A DNA stretch of 64,000 nt from assembly GCA_963823665.1 (NCBI GenBank), contig CAWGMQ010000003.1:768001-832000 (forward strand). Direction: 5' to 3'. The translations under genes were made by a program, and so were the position numbers. Shown piece by piece: positions 9,277 to 20,640 of the stretch; the first letter of the stretch is position 1; every line of letters begins with the position of its first letter. Source of the DNA: an uncultured Planctomycetota bacterium (GTDB lineage: Bacteria > Planctomycetota > Planctomycetia > Isosphaerales > Isosphaeraceae). The notes below the pieces were generated by a model that saw nothing but the letters and a program-made list of their open reading frames with translations, was not told the DNA's origin and did no database searches.

Positions 9277-10461
9277 CTATCGCTTGAACTCAGGAATCGC
9301 TCTGATCATGAACTCATCGAACAAAGGCACCGTGAACGCGATGTCCCCATGTGCTGGGCTGCAGATCATACCTTTCTTGATTAGTTTCGCCCGCACGGGT
9401 CCAAGACTTGTGGCTTTGACACCGAGCGCATCGGCGACGTCTCCGGACCGCTGCGGTCCCGGTCCGAGTTCGGCAATCGCTCGCAGAAAGTTTTTCTCGC
9501 TCGGGGTAAGACGGTCGTAACGCACCCGAAAAAAATTCCGGTCCAGCCGTGGGATCACGGTCGCGGTTGCCTTTTTCACGATCGATTTCGTGATGGGGCT
9601 CGCGGCGGCGAGATTCCAGCTCTGATAGCCCCACTCTTGAACGAAATAAGGGTAACCCCGTGTCAGACGGAAGATCTCATCCAAAGCCGGCATCTCGAAG
9701 ACCACTCCAGCCTCGCGCGCAGGGTCGTCTAGAGCCTTCGCAGCGTCCCCCTGCGATAAAGCACCGATATCCGGAAAATTAAACAGTCGCTCTGCGTAAG
9801 ATTTTGACTCTCCCGCAAGCCCCGGAAGAATGGGCAGCCCGGCGCCCAGGAGCAGTAGCGGCAATTGTCGTTGTTGTACTCGGTGCATCGCCATGATCAG
9901 CGCACCAAGCTCCTTCTTGCTGAGATACTGAATCTCGTCGATGAAAAGCCCGACCGCACAGCTTCGATCCTCAGCCGCCTCGCCGACGGCGACAAAGAGA
10001 TTCGGGAGATCGACCTCCAGATCACCGCTATCCGCGGTTCCGCGCTCCGGATCGATATCCATTCCAATCGAAAAATCCTGCACCGTCACCTTCAGCGAAC
10101 CGATGAAGCCGCCAAGAACCGCCAGTCCCCGTTTCACCTTGTCTCCCACCCCCGCCATTCGATCCAGCTCGTACAGCAGCGTTCGCAACGGCGGGGCAAT
10201 GAGCGCACCCAGCGGCTTGTTCTCATATGCCTCCGTGGAGATCGTGCGGTAGCCATCGCTCTTTGCAATTCTTTCGATTTCATTGAGGAGCACCGTCTTA
10301 CCCACGCCGCGAAGACCGCAGAGAAGCATGCTCTTTTCCGGCCGCTTCTTCCTGACCCGACCCAGCAGGATGCGCGCTTGATCGAGCACCGGGTCGCGCC
10401 CAACGAGCTCCGGCGGTGGCGAACCAGCACCCGGAGAAAATGGATTCTTGATCGGGTCCAT
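9277..10461 (-). CDS. AAA-family (AAA_16-like) ATP-binding protein with C-terminal winged helix
   Basis: NPFSPGAG start, Walker A GLRGVGKT, Walker B LFIDEIQ, GYPYF, C-terminal DVADALG...LIKKG; stop codon abuts the methyltransferase ATG. Confidence 0.9.
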   Translation of the reverse strand: MDPIKNPFSPGAGSPPPELVGRDPVLDQARILLGRVRKKRPEKSMLLCGLRGVGKTVLLNEIERIAKSDGYRTISTEAYENKPLGALIAPPLRTLLYELDRMAGVGDKVKRGLAVLGGFIGSLKVTVQDFSIGMDIDPERGTADSGDLEVDLPNLFVAVGEAAEDRSCAVGLFIDEIQYLSKKELGALIMAMHRVQQRQLPLLLLGAGLPILPGLAGESKSYAERLFNFPDIGALSQGDAAKALDDPAREAGVVFEMPALDEIFRLTRGYPYFVQEWGYQSWNLAAASPITKSIVKKATATVIPRLDRNFFRVRYDRLTPSEKNFLRAIAELGPGPQRSGDVADALGVKATSLGPVRAKLIKKGMICSPAHGDIAFTVPLFDEFMIRAIPEFKR

Positions 10462-10469
10462 GACTTGTT

Positions 10470-10519
10470 TTATACCAAATTATTACCGATTATACCAAGT
10501 TATACACGGTTATACCGAT
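10470..10519. repeat. Five tandem 10-bp repeats, consensus TTATACCnnn, in a divergent promoter region
   Basis: ttataccaaa ttattaccga ttataccaag ttatacacgg ttataccgat; includes a minus-strand TATAAT at 10494-10489; plus-strand TATAAT at 10527-10532 inside a CCCA...TGGG dyad. Confidence 0.85.
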
Positions 10520-10582
10520 TTCCCAGTATAATTGGGTATACTTGCCCTGTCGAGTTTTTCCAATCCTGTGAGGCCACACCGT

Positions 10583-12172
10583 ATGGACCGGGGTACTACG
10601 CTCTTCGGAAGCATGATCTTCGTTCTCTCGACGACTGCTGTCCTCGCCCAGCAGGCTGGGCCAGCACCGCCGGAGAAAGCACAGGCCAAGGGCAGCCAAG
10701 GTGTCACGAAGCCCGCGTCGCCGCAGGAACCGGCGCCCGAGAAGACGAAAATCAAGTCATCGACCGATGAAGAGTCGGTAATCACACACCACCGAATCTC
10801 CGCAGGCGGAAAGGAGCTGAAGTACACGGCCACAGCCGCCCTCATGCCCATCAAGGATTCGAAAGGCGAAACCGAAGCGCGAATCTTCTATATTGCGTAT
10901 ACCCTGGACGATCCGCCGGCTGGCACAGTTCGCCCCGTCATGTTCAGCTTCAACGGCGGCCCAGGCTCGGCCTCGATCTGGCTGCACTTAGGAGCGCTCG
11001 GCCCGCGCAGGGTTCCCATCACGGACGAGCCGGTGATTCCCGCGCCCCCCTTCCGTCTGGTTGATAACGAGGCAACCTGGCTCGACCGCACCGATCTCGT
11101 CTTCATCGATCCCGTAGGAACCGGGTATTCACGCGCGGCGAAGCCCGAACTGAACGCCCGTTTTCACACCTTGCGCGGCGATATCTCATCAGTTGGCGAA
11201 TTCATCCGCATGTACCTCACCCGCTACGACCGCTGGGCGTCGCCGCTCTACTTGATCGGCGAAAGCTACGGCACGACCCGCGCCGCCGGGCTCGCCGGCT
11301 ATCTCGTCGATCACGGCATCGCTTTCAACGGTTTGATTCTCGTGTCTTGTGCTCTCGATTTTCGGGGCTTCATCTTCAGTGATGCCAATGACGCACCGTT
11401 CCGGAATTACCTCCCTTCCTATGCAGCCTCTGCGTGGTATCACAAGAAGCTCCCGAACGACTTGCAAGCACGCGGTCTGTCTGCACTCCTCCGCGAAGTT
11501 GAAGAATGGACGGACAAGGAATACGTGTCGATCCTCGCCCAGGGCGACCAGCTCGGTGGCGAAGCACACAGGAACGCCGTGTCGCAACTGGCGCGATTCA
11601 CCGGCCTGCGCGCGAGCGACATCGAAGCGACCAACCTGAGAATCACACAACCCTATTTCTGCAAACACTTGCTCGAGTCCGACCGGCGGTCGATCGGCCG
11701 CTTCGACGCTCGCTACAAGGGAGTCGAAAACTCACCCGCGGCGGAAGCTCCCAGCTTTGACCCGAGCCTGGCGGGAGTTCGCGCACCCTATACGTCCGCA
11801 TTCAACAACTACGTCCGCACCGAGCTACTGTACCGGACCGACGCGCCTTATCACGTCCTCGGCGAAGGCCTGGGGGGCCGCTGGGACTGGCAGCAGGAGA
11901 TGGGTTATCCCGCAACCACTGAAGAGCTCAAGGACGCAATGGCCAAGAACCCGCACATGAAGGTGCTCATCGCCTCAGGCTACTACGATCTTGCCACCCC
12001 CTATCGCGGCGTCGAGCAAACGCTGGCCGGCCTCGCACTCGACCCAAGCCTGCGCCAGAACATCACGATTGAAAAATACGAGTCCGGCCACATGATGTAC
12101 GTCCACGCACCGTCGCTCCACAAGCTGAAACGAGACGCCGCGGCGCTCATCGACAAGACGATGAAGAAGTGA
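10583..12172 (+). CDS. Peptidase S10 family serine carboxypeptidase, secreted
   Basis: Signal peptide; FNGGPGSAS, IDPVGTGYS, GESYG (catalytic Ser), YDLATP, GHMMY. Confidence 0.92.
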   Translation: MDRGTTLFGSMIFVLSTTAVLAQQAGPAPPEKAQAKGSQGVTKPASPQEPAPEKTKIKSSTDEESVITHHRISAGGKELKYTATAALMPIKDSKGETEARIFYIAYTLDDPPAGTVRPVMFSFNGGPGSASIWLHLGALGPRRVPITDEPVIPAPPFRLVDNEATWLDRTDLVFIDPVGTGYSRAAKPELNARFHTLRGDISSVGEFIRMYLTRYDRWASPLYLIGESYGTTRAAGLAGYLVDHGIAFNGLILVSCALDFRGFIFSDANDAPFRNYLPSYAASAWYHKKLPNDLQARGLSALLREVEEWTDKEYVSILAQGDQLGGEAHRNAVSQLARFTGLRASDIEATNLRITQPYFCKHLLESDRRSIGRFDARYKGVENSPAAEAPSFDPSLAGVRAPYTSAFNNYVRTELLYRTDAPYHVLGEGLGGRWDWQQEMGYPATTEELKDAMAKNPHMKVLIASGYYDLATPYRGVEQTLAGLALDPSLRQNITIEKYESGHMMYVHAPSLHKLKRDAAALIDKTMKK

Positions 12173-12267
12173 CCGAACGGCCCGACGCGGCGAGGTTTGT
12201 CGTCTTGTTCGATGTTCGCAAATTTGCGATGATCGGGGAATTCGAGCAGGCGAAGACCGAGGTGATC

Positions 12268-12591
12268 ATGGTACGCAAGCGGCGTCTGGAATCATCTTCC
12301 CTGAAGTTCGCATACGACCGTTACATCGGCACCGACCCAGAAAAGGCACAGACTTTCGAAGAGGAGCTCGCGAATGCCGATGTGGCCAGGAGAATCTATA
12401 GCCTGCGCACGAAAGCCGGGCTGACACAGAAGGAGCTCGCGAAGCACGTCGGCACCGCGCCTTCCGTCATCAGCCGGCTCGAAGATGCAGATTACAAAGG
12501 CCATTCATTAGCGATGCTCCGCCGAATTGCTCGGGCTCTCGACAAACGCGTGGAGATCCGCTTCGTTTCCCTGAAGCGCAGCAATTCGTGA
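12268..12591 (+). CDS. XRE/HTH_3 transcriptional regulator (HigA-like)
   Basis: LRTKAGLTQKELAKHVGTAPSVISRLEDADY; GAGGTG RBS. Confidence 0.88.
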   Translation: MVRKRRLESSSLKFAYDRYIGTDPEKAQTFEEELANADVARRIYSLRTKAGLTQKELAKHVGTAPSVISRLEDADYKGHSLAMLRRIARALDKRVEIRFVSLKRSNS

Positions 12592-12654
12592 CCCCGGCCC
12601 GAGCGTGATCCAAGGCCTCCAGGACCCGGACACATCTCTGCGTCGGAGCGCCAG

Positions 12655-13104
12655 ATGCGAGAAGCCGCCCAATTTGCAACCGAGCTCGACGCGCGGCACG
12701 CCGAGGCGAAAAGAGCGTTTGAGCGCAGAGATCTGGCAGCCTACCGCGAGATCTTCGCGCCCGACCTCGCATATTGCCAGGCCGACGCTCGGGTCATCGG
12801 CCGCGAGCAATTGATGCGGGACGTCGCGATTCAATTCGACCGCCTTCGCTGGGTCCGGTCGTCTTTCACGCGAGAATCGATCGAGCCCGGAAATGATCGC
12901 GCAATCGAGCTCCTGACGCAGACGGCCCTCGCCGGCGCAACGGCCTTTTTCTTCATCCATCGAATCTGGAAAATCGCGCGGAAAGGCCGTTATCACTGGA
13001 CCAAGGTTGAGAACCAATGGCGGATCAGTCGGGTGGAAGTGCTCGAAGAATGCGTCACCGGCCACTTCAAGTTCGGCTCACCGCCGTCAATTGTCAGCGA
13101 TTGA
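12655..13104 (+). CDS. NTF2-like / DUF4440-type protein
   Basis: AFERRDLAAYREIFAPD...VIGREQL...HWTKVENQWRI pattern. Confidence 0.7.
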   Translation: MREAAQFATELDARHAEAKRAFERRDLAAYREIFAPDLAYCQADARVIGREQLMRDVAIQFDRLRWVRSSFTRESIEPGNDRAIELLTQTALAGATAFFFIHRIWKIARKGRYHWTKVENQWRISRVEVLEECVTGHFKFGSPPSIVSD

Positions 13105-13116
13105 TCGCGTCGCCGA

Positions 13117-13629
13117 TTACCTGGGCACTTGAAACCCAAGGTGCAGCTCCGCGTGTCTCAGGTTGATCGCGATCCACTCAGCGTGAGTAAGCGTCCCGAA
13201 GATCGGGTGCACAAGAGTCGGCGTTTCTGAATTGAGCCGGGCCATCACACGGCGGTATCGCTCGAGCGCCTCATCGAGCGTTACCGGCTCCGTCGCCAAA
13301 GTCCCTCCCGGAATCCCGGGGATCTTCACCCCGGCCCGCATCGGCTCATGAATAAACGCCTGCTTGCGGCTGCGCAGAATCCACCGAATGAAAAACGGCG
13401 GCTTCATCGGATAACCCGTATAGGCATATTCGGCCCACGCTGCCAGATGCCCGAGCGTCTGCCCCAGCGCCCAGTTTCCGACGTGGTCCAGCCGCCCGTT
13501 GCGCTCGGCGTCGACCAAGCGATCGACATCAGCCAGAACGTGCTCGACCGAATCAAATTTGAGCTTCCTGCGCGTGGAGACTTTCCCGGTATCCACGGGA
13601 CCTGCCGCCGCCTGAGCTGATACACTCAT
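13117..13629 (-). CDS. DUF1569 (DinB-like) protein
   Basis: RRKLKFDS, GNWALGQTLGHLA, HPIFGTLTHAEW...HAELHLGF. Confidence 0.85.
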   Translation of the reverse strand: MSVSAQAAAGPVDTGKVSTRRKLKFDSVEHVLADVDRLVDAERNGRLDHVGNWALGQTLGHLAAWAEYAYTGYPMKPPFFIRWILRSRKQAFIHEPMRAGVKIPGIPGGTLATEPVTLDEALERYRRVMARLNSETPTLVHPIFGTLTHAEWIAINLRHAELHLGFQVPR

Positions 13630-14246
13630 GAGACCCCCGTTTCGAGTCGTCGACGAAGCTGCGGTCTGGATCTGAAACAATGAACTGTCATCTTTAGTCA
13701 GGTGCGTGCTGAAAGACAAGAAGATCACCGCAGGGAACCTGGCTCAACTCAGCGTCTGCCGACGAACGGGCACCAAAACGATTGATCGAGCCTCTTGATC
13801 GTCTTCTTGCTCCCGAATCGGCCCCGACTACGCTCGAAGCTGATGCACGCCCTCCCCTGCCCCGCCAAAACCCTGGCATGCAAAATGCTCGAGAACGATA
13901 CCGAGGCCGATTCGGGCCGCCGAACATGCCGATATCTAATCCTGACGCGCGTCGCTGACACCGTCCACGAGAATCCGATCGCAAAAACCGCCACACTCTG
14001 GACGACGCCCGCAACGCGTAATAGATTATGTGAGTCTGAAGGTGTGCAGTTGCCATTTCGCGTCCGATTCGTTTGATTTATTCACCTAGTATCGATTCGT
14101 ATACACGTGGGCTGCGGCTCCGCGCCCGGGTGGTCTGCGCCGGAATCATCCGTCCTTCATCGAGTCGGTCGCTGCTCGCAACTGACGCTCTGTGGTGTTC
14201 GCTGCGAAGGCTGCTCAGGAACCCCTTCTGGACAGGAATCCTTGCC

Positions 14247-14413
14247 ATGAGCGACAAGAAGGACTTCTCGAAACAACGCCTCTCAGACTTCCTGGCCGCG
14301 CGCTGCGCGCCAAGGGCCATGACGAGGCGCAGGCCCAAAAAACCCGGCGCGATTCGGTCAAGCCAACCGCAAATCCCGCCGAGAAGCGCAACACGCCTTC
14401 CGCCGGGTCTTGA
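14247..14413 (+). CDS. Small hypothetical protein (one frameshift)
   Basis: AGGA RBS + [17 protein letters not shown], joining [37 protein letters not shown] in the neighbouring frame at ~14298. Confidence 0.45.
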
Positions 14414-14421
14414 TGACCGGT

Positions 14422-15897
14422 TCACGACGCGTTCGTAAAAACACGCCCCGTCCGTGGACGAACATTCAGGTCGTGCAGCTTTGCCCTCTCGACCTGGATC
14501 GAGTCGTGCGACCAGCATTCCGAGAGGACTGTTCCCTCGCGGAGCAGGTTGCCCAGAGGCAGGTCCAGCCGGCGACGTTTGGTGGCTGGCGTTCAAGACG
14601 ACGATCGTCGTTTCCGTTGCGAGCTGGCGTGCATAAGACACGACGTTTCCGCTCGCCCACAGAAACTGAAACGCCCCTCGCCGCAGCGACGGTCGCGCGT
14701 GCCGAAGCGCAATCAGACGCTGATATTCGTGTAACAGCTCGGTGTTCCACGAGTCAGTCTGATGCCACGGAAACGCGCCCCGGTTAGCCGGGTCGTGCCC
14801 TCCGGCCAGACCAATCTCGTCACCGTAGTAAATCGAAGGCGCGCCCGGGTAGGTCATCTGAAAGAGCGTCGCCAGCCGCAGCGCAGAGAAATCACCCTTC
14901 GCCAGAGTGACGAACCGCGCCATGTCGTGACTGCTGAGCAGGTTCAGCATCACCCCTGTGACGTTGGGATGATACAAACCAAGCAGCGACTCAATGTTCC
15001 GGCGAAACGCCTCGGCTGTGGTCGCACCGGCCGGAAACAGGCTCGTCTTGCGCAGGTCTGCCTCCTCCAGGTTCTCGCCGATGAAGAATGCAATGCAGGC
15101 GCGGGTGAACTGGTAGTTCATCACGGCGTCCCACATGTCGCCTTTCAACCAGCGCTGGGCTTCGGTCCAGACCTCGCCGACGATGTATGCTTCAGGATTG
15201 GCAGCACGAACGCGAGTGCGAAACTCGCGCCAGAAGTTGTCGTCGTCAATCTCGTTGGGAACGTCCAGCCGCCAGCCGTCGATTCCGAATTCAATCCACT
15301 TCCGGCCGATGCCCCACAGGAATTCACGAACGTCGGGACAGTTTATGTTGAATTTCGGCAGCGCGGGCAGTCCCCACCAGGCTTGATAATTGGGAGACCT
15401 CTCAAGGTCATAGGCGTAAAGCGGAAAGTCCTTGATGCTGAACCAGTCCAGATAAGCCGAGTTGGGGCCGTTCTCAAGGATGTCGTGAAACGGAAAAAAG
15501 CCCCGGCTGGCGTGGTTGAAAACTCCATCGAGAACGACGCGAATGCCTCGGTTATGTGCCTCATCAACCATGCGTTCGCAGCGCGGGCGTGCCGCCCAGC
15601 ATGGGGTCGACCTTCTCGTAGTCGTGGGTGTGATAGCGGTGGTTGGACGCCGACTGGAAGACTGGCGTGAAGTACACCGCGGTCACACCCAGCGAAACCA
15701 GGTAATCGAGGTGCTCCACCACGCCGATCAGGTCGCCGCCCTGATAGCCGTGGTAAGTCGGCGGCGCCCCCCACGCGTCCAGGTGCCGTGGCTTGGCCAC
15801 CGTCGCGCTGCGCAAAACGATCCGGGAAGATCTGATAGAACACTGCGTCACGAACCCATTCGGGCGTTTGCGGATCGAGCACCAGCAACTCCGTCAT
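14422..15897 (-). CDS. GH13 alpha-amylase family (neopullulanase/cyclomaltodextrinase-like), three frameshifts
   Basis: [17 protein letters not shown] / GGDLIGV...SNHRYHT / LDGVFNH, DGWRLDV, GEVW, SSHD, YYGDEIG; frames switch at ~15810, ~15575 and ~14575; reconstructed stop at 14422. Confidence 0.9.
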
Positions 15898-16003
15898 CGA
15901 GGTCAGGGTCCTATTCGCTACGCCCTCGAGCCACCATGCTCGGAGCGCTCGATGTGCCGGCCCAAAGACGACATCCAGAATCTGCGTGTGCGCGCCGCGA
16001 CTC

Positions 16004-18332
16004 TCATCGTGTGCTGATCCGGTGCCAGTAAAGCTGCTGCCGGTCGCCGCGCACTCTGAGGTCGTCGAGCATCGGCTCCATGTCCAGCTTGATCTTCGCC
16101 GCCCGGCTGAACGGCTTGCCGTTGATCCGGATGTCCACCTTGCGGCTGAAGTCGATCAATTCCGGGCTCAACCAGATATCAAGCGCGGTGACCCCTTCGA
16201 CCTGTAATCGGATCAGATTCGAAATCGTGCTCGACTTCATCTCGATCGCCGCCGGCTTCAAGTTGCCACCCAGCACCTCCACCGCGGCCGGGTCCGTGGT
16301 TCGCCCGGCGCCGAATTCCCGCACCACCAAACCGTAGAAACGGTCGTCCGAGACGCGGGCCGTGTTCACCTTGAATGACTTGGGGTGAGGGTCGCGGCGA
16401 TGACGGTCCATCCAGTCGAACGCCGGACCGATCTCCTCGGGCAGCGCCTCGAGTCCCCGGCGATGATACTCCACGTAGGTGATGTCCCAGGTCTTGATGA
16501 TGAGCGGCTTGACCTGCTTGCTGTAGATGAACTCGTTGGCCGCCGGGGCCAGATCGCCAAGCGCGCAGAACAGCGGCAAACGTTCGTGATGAGGAAAGTA
16601 GCGGGGCACATACTTGGCCGGAAGCCCCGATATGACAACCACCCCGGCAAACAGGTCCGGATGCGCCAGAGCCAGGTCCCAGGCCATGCTTCCGCCCACG
16701 AGCTGGCCGGCCACGAAGACCCGGTCGCTGTCGATCGAATACCGCTTGCGGGCGTCGCGCAGCGCGAGCTGCGCGGCGGCGTGCTCGTTCGGCGTGTAGT
16801 GATACTCCGGCGGCTCCCCCGCGGTCATGTATTCCGGCGCGATCAAAATGTAGCCGCGGCGAGCAGCCTCGGCCGCCATCTCGTCGATCGCCGAGTCGGG
16901 CCCCTTGCCCGAGTGCAGCACCATCACCGCCGGGTAGCTCCGCAAACGATGATATTCGGGCGGGACCCTCACCGCGTACTCGGTCGGCGCGTTGTTGTCA
17001 ACCTCCGCGACTCGATGGTGCAGCGTCTTGGAGAGATCCAGCTCCGATTCGTCGGGCACCGGGGGCATGATCTCGACGATCGCCGACAAGATCGCGAGCC
17101 GCCCGGCCATCTCGCTTGCCCCTTCGATGCCTTCCCACGGCAGCTTGTTGAGCGCGGCTATCTGCTCGCTGCTGGCCGCCGGCTCTGCCCCCTGCAAGTA
17201 CTCGCGAACCAGCTCGCGGGCCTTCCACATCACCTCCGCCCCCGCCAGGTCTCGCGTGGCAGTGGTCGGCCCCGGCGACATAGCTCGACATCGCCAGCGC
17301 GAAGAGGGCCTGATCCGGGGTACCCGGTTCTGACTTGGCCTTGCGCCAGCCCGCGAATCGCTGCCGGATCGCGTCGGGTGCCTCGTCGAGGGCCTTGGTC
17401 ACTTCGGTCACCGGTTCTTTCCAGAACTTTCGCGCGGCCGCCGGCAGCGCGCTGGAGAGCTTGCCCAGGTCCGCCTGCCAGGGCCTGATCGGCCGCGTGC
17501 TGCTGCTCGTCATGACGCTCCATCTCACGCGCCTCAAGCTGAAGCTCGGTGGGCACGCCCTTCTCGCGAAACGTCTTCAGCAGGGCGGCCGCACGCTTGA
17601 TATTGCTGGGCCTTGCGGCTTTGCATCATCTCTGCACGCCGATCAGTGGCCTCGCCTTGAAGAATGAACGTCCGGGCATTCTCGGACCGTTCCTTCAAGT
17701 CGGGCTGCGGGAAGTCTCGAACCAGCCGGTCCAGCTCTTTCTTGGCCTCGGCATTCCAGCCGATGTCCATCAAGAACCGGACAACCCGCTCTCGCTCGGT
17801 CACGTTCTTCTGCTCGACCCGAGACAGCACGCTCGTGATCACCTCACGTGGTACCTGACCGGTCTCGACCGCACCTCCCCAGAAGCCGTCAACCCCGCGA
17901 AACTTGACGATGTGCGGCCCGATCTCGATGATCGCTTGTTCCATCCGAATCCACTTGCCCGCCCCCCCAGCTTGATAGCGAAACGGCCGCCGCCCCCGCT
18001 CGTCCCACGGGCCCGCCTCGACGCGCACCACGTCCGTCGGCATCAATCCGCCATGCACGACCAGCGGCTGAACCAGCTTGAAGGTCTCGCCGCCGCGGAA
18101 TGCATTATTGGCCTCGATCTGCTCGATCCTCGAGTCGCGCACCACCACACGCTTCAGCCCGTCCCAGATGTAGACCAGGGTGTTGTCCCGATCCGGAGGC
18201 CCCGTCCCGCGGTAAACGACCCCGCTCTTCATGATCACGGAATCGCCCCGACTGTGCGCCGCGAGCAAGACAGCAAAAGACCGCCAGAACGACTCCCGAA
18301 AGAAGATGTCCGATTTCGCGACGGCACGCCAT
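16004..18332 (-). CDS. Secreted planctomycete protein with C-terminal alpha/beta-hydrolase-fold domain, frameshifted in about three places
   Basis: Signal-like N-terminus at 18332; consecutive ORFs 18268-17534, 17537-~17270 and 17281-16004; YAVRVPPEY...YPAVMVLH, IDSDRVFVAG, HPDLFAG. Confidence 0.72.
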
Positions 18333-18524
18333 GCTCGCCTCCCTCACGTTCGGCCCTCGCCCGCTGCCATCCATGCAGCCCATCGTCCGGAAAGCGACTT
18401 GCGGTCACGTCCTTGACGTCTTGACCGTCCCAGATCGCCTCACCGGTATGGCCGGCCCGGGCGATATCATCAATCCGGCCAGAGTTCATTGTGACAGCCC
18501 TTGCTGTGAGGTCAAGTCGCGGCC

Positions 18525-19367
18525 TCATGACTTCCTCGCCCGAGCTGCAAGTCCCATGAACTCGCGTACCTGCCCCGTGATCGCCAGCTCGGTCGGCAGC
18601 CGCTCCATCGAGCTGGCACCATAGAACCCGTCAATCGCCGGCGTCCGATACAGCACATACCGAGCATCCGCGGGCGTCGCGATCGGCCCTCCATGGCAGA
18701 GTGCCAGCACGTCACCTCGCGCACCCTTGGCGGCTTCGGCGATCGCCGTCACCTCGCGCACGCAGTCATCGAGCGTCTTCGCTGTCACCGCCCCGATCGA
18801 GCCCGTCGTGGTCAGCCCCATGTGGGCAACCACCAGGTCGGCGCCGGCCTGGGCAAGCAACCGGGCCTGGCCCGGGTCGAACGCATAGGGCGTGGTGAGC
18901 AATGCCAAGCTCGTGCGCCGCCGCGATGCAATCGATCTCGTGCGAAAACCCCATCCCGGTTTCCTCGAGATTGATCCGCATCACCCCGTCGATAAGCCCC
19001 ACGGTCGGGAAGTTCTGAATGCCCGCGAATCCCATGTCCTGAGCTCGCGCAGAAACCGGTCGCGCAACAGGAATGGATCGGTCGCACACACACCCGCCAG
19101 CACCGGCGTGACCTTCACGGCCGTCAGCACCTCGTGGGCCATTTCCTTGACGATTGCGTTGGCATTGCCATACGGCATCAATCCGGCCAGCGATCCTCTG
19201 CCGGCCATGCGAAACCGGCCCGAGTTGTAGATGACGATCAGGTCGATTCCGCCGGCCTCCTCGCACTTGGCGCTGATCCCGGTCCCCGCTCCTCCGCCGA
19301 CGATCGGCAATCCGGCGGCAACCTTCTTGCGAAAACGCTCCATGATGGCCAGACGCGATTCAGGCAT
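18525..19367 (-). CDS. Phosphoenolpyruvate-hydrolase-like TIM-barrel protein (two frameshifts)
   Basis: [37 protein letters not shown] / GIQNFPTVG...LEETGMG / HMGLT...CHGGPI...[10 protein letters not shown]. Confidence 0.9.
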
Positions 19368-20640
19368 CGCATGAGCTCCTCGATACCAGCCAGTGACGTT
19401 TGACGATCTCTTTACCGAGCACTTGAGAACGCAAGCTCAGAAACGCCTCCACGAGCGCCTGAGCAAATGCCGGCTCGTTGATGTGATAGGGAAGCCGCAC
19501 GATCGACCGGCCTGGTGCTCTCTCGACGGCCGATTCCAGCTCGTCAAAGAGCGCCGCATCAGCCTCCGGGTCGAAAAAAGGCTGCCCCGGCGCATCGAGC
19601 GCCGACACGCCTTTCTCGGGAATCAGCACCCGGAAAGGCGCCGTCGCACAGTTCAGCTTGGCGGCGATCCAGCGAGCGCACCGGCGATTCTCATCCGGCG
19701 TCGTCCGCATGAGCGTCACCTGCGCGTTATGCACGTGCAGCTTCCGCCCGCGAAATCGCTCGGGCACCGTGTCCATCGCCCCGAAGTTCACCATGTCGAG
19801 CGCACCAAGCGAGACGACATATGGAATCTTCGCCTCGAGGATCGCCTCGAACCGCGCCGGCCCGCATGCCAGCACCCCCCCGACCACTCGATCAGCGACC
19901 TCGGTGGTCGTGACGTCGAGCACCCCCGTGATCAACCCGGCCTCGACAAGCTTCTCCATCGCCTGCCCGCCCGTCCCCGTGGCGTGAAACACCAGGCAGT
20001 CGAAGCCCTGCCCTTCGAGTGATTCGCGCACCTTCGTGACGCACGGCGTGGTGACGCCAAACATCGTCATCCCGAGCGTCGGCTTGCCTTCCTCCGTCGC
20101 CACGGGAAACCGGACCATGCCCGCGATCGCCGCCGCCGCATTGCCCAGCACGCGACGTGAAACCGAATTGAGGCCCGAAACATCGACGACCGAATACATC
20201 ATCGTGACGTCGCTCGAGCCGACGTAAGGCGCGGTATTTCCGCTGGCGACGGTCGAAACCATGACCTTGGGCAATCCGATCGGCAGCGCCTGCAAGGCCG
20301 GCGTGATGAGCGCGGTACCCCCGCTCCCGCCAATTCCGATCACCCCCGCGACCCGCCCCGAATCGTACTCGCGTTTCAAGAAGGCAACGAGCGCCTGACT
20401 CATCGCCGTGATCGCCGGCGAGCGATCGCCGGGAGCAAGCGCCGCGATGCGACCTTCGGTGGTCGCATGCGCACCGGCAACGGTCGCACAATCCACATCG
20501 GCGACGACGCTCGGCGAGCTCTGCACTCCCACGTCCACGATCGTGACCGAGACACCCGCAGCGCGCAGCCGCTCGGCCACAAAGGCCAGCTCGCGGCCCT
20601 TCGTGTCCATCGTCGCAACGGCATAAACCGACTTCGTCAT
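19360..20640 (-). CDS. Tm-1-like ATP-binding domain protein (UPF0261)
   Basis: [56 protein letters not shown]; overlaps the TIM-barrel gene start. Confidence 0.92.
   Translation of the reverse strand: MTKSVYAVATMDTKGRELAFVAERLRAAGVSVTIVDVGVQSSPSVVADVDCATVAGAHATTEGRIAALAPGDRSPAITAMSQALVAFLKREYDSGRVAGVIGIGGSGGTALITPALQALPIGLPKVMVSTVASGNTAPYVGSSDVTMMYSVVDVSGLNSVSRRVLGNAAAAIAGMVRFPVATEEGKPTLGMTMFGVTTPCVTKVRESLEGQGFDCLVFHATGTGGQAMEKLVEAGLITGVLDVTTTEVADRVVGGVLACGPARFEAILEAKIPYVVSLGALDMVNFGAMDTVPERFRGRKLHVHNAQVTLMRTTPDENRRCARWIAAKLNCATAPFRVLIPEKGVSALDAPGQPFFDPEADAALFDELESAVERAPGRSIVRLPYHINEPAFAQALVEAFLSLRSQVLGKEIVKRHWLVSRSSCDA

Noticed and set aside
13694..14076. Short ORFs on both strands between DUF1569 and the amylase
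   Set aside because: No recognisable motif, RBS or convincing codon bias; cannot be supported.
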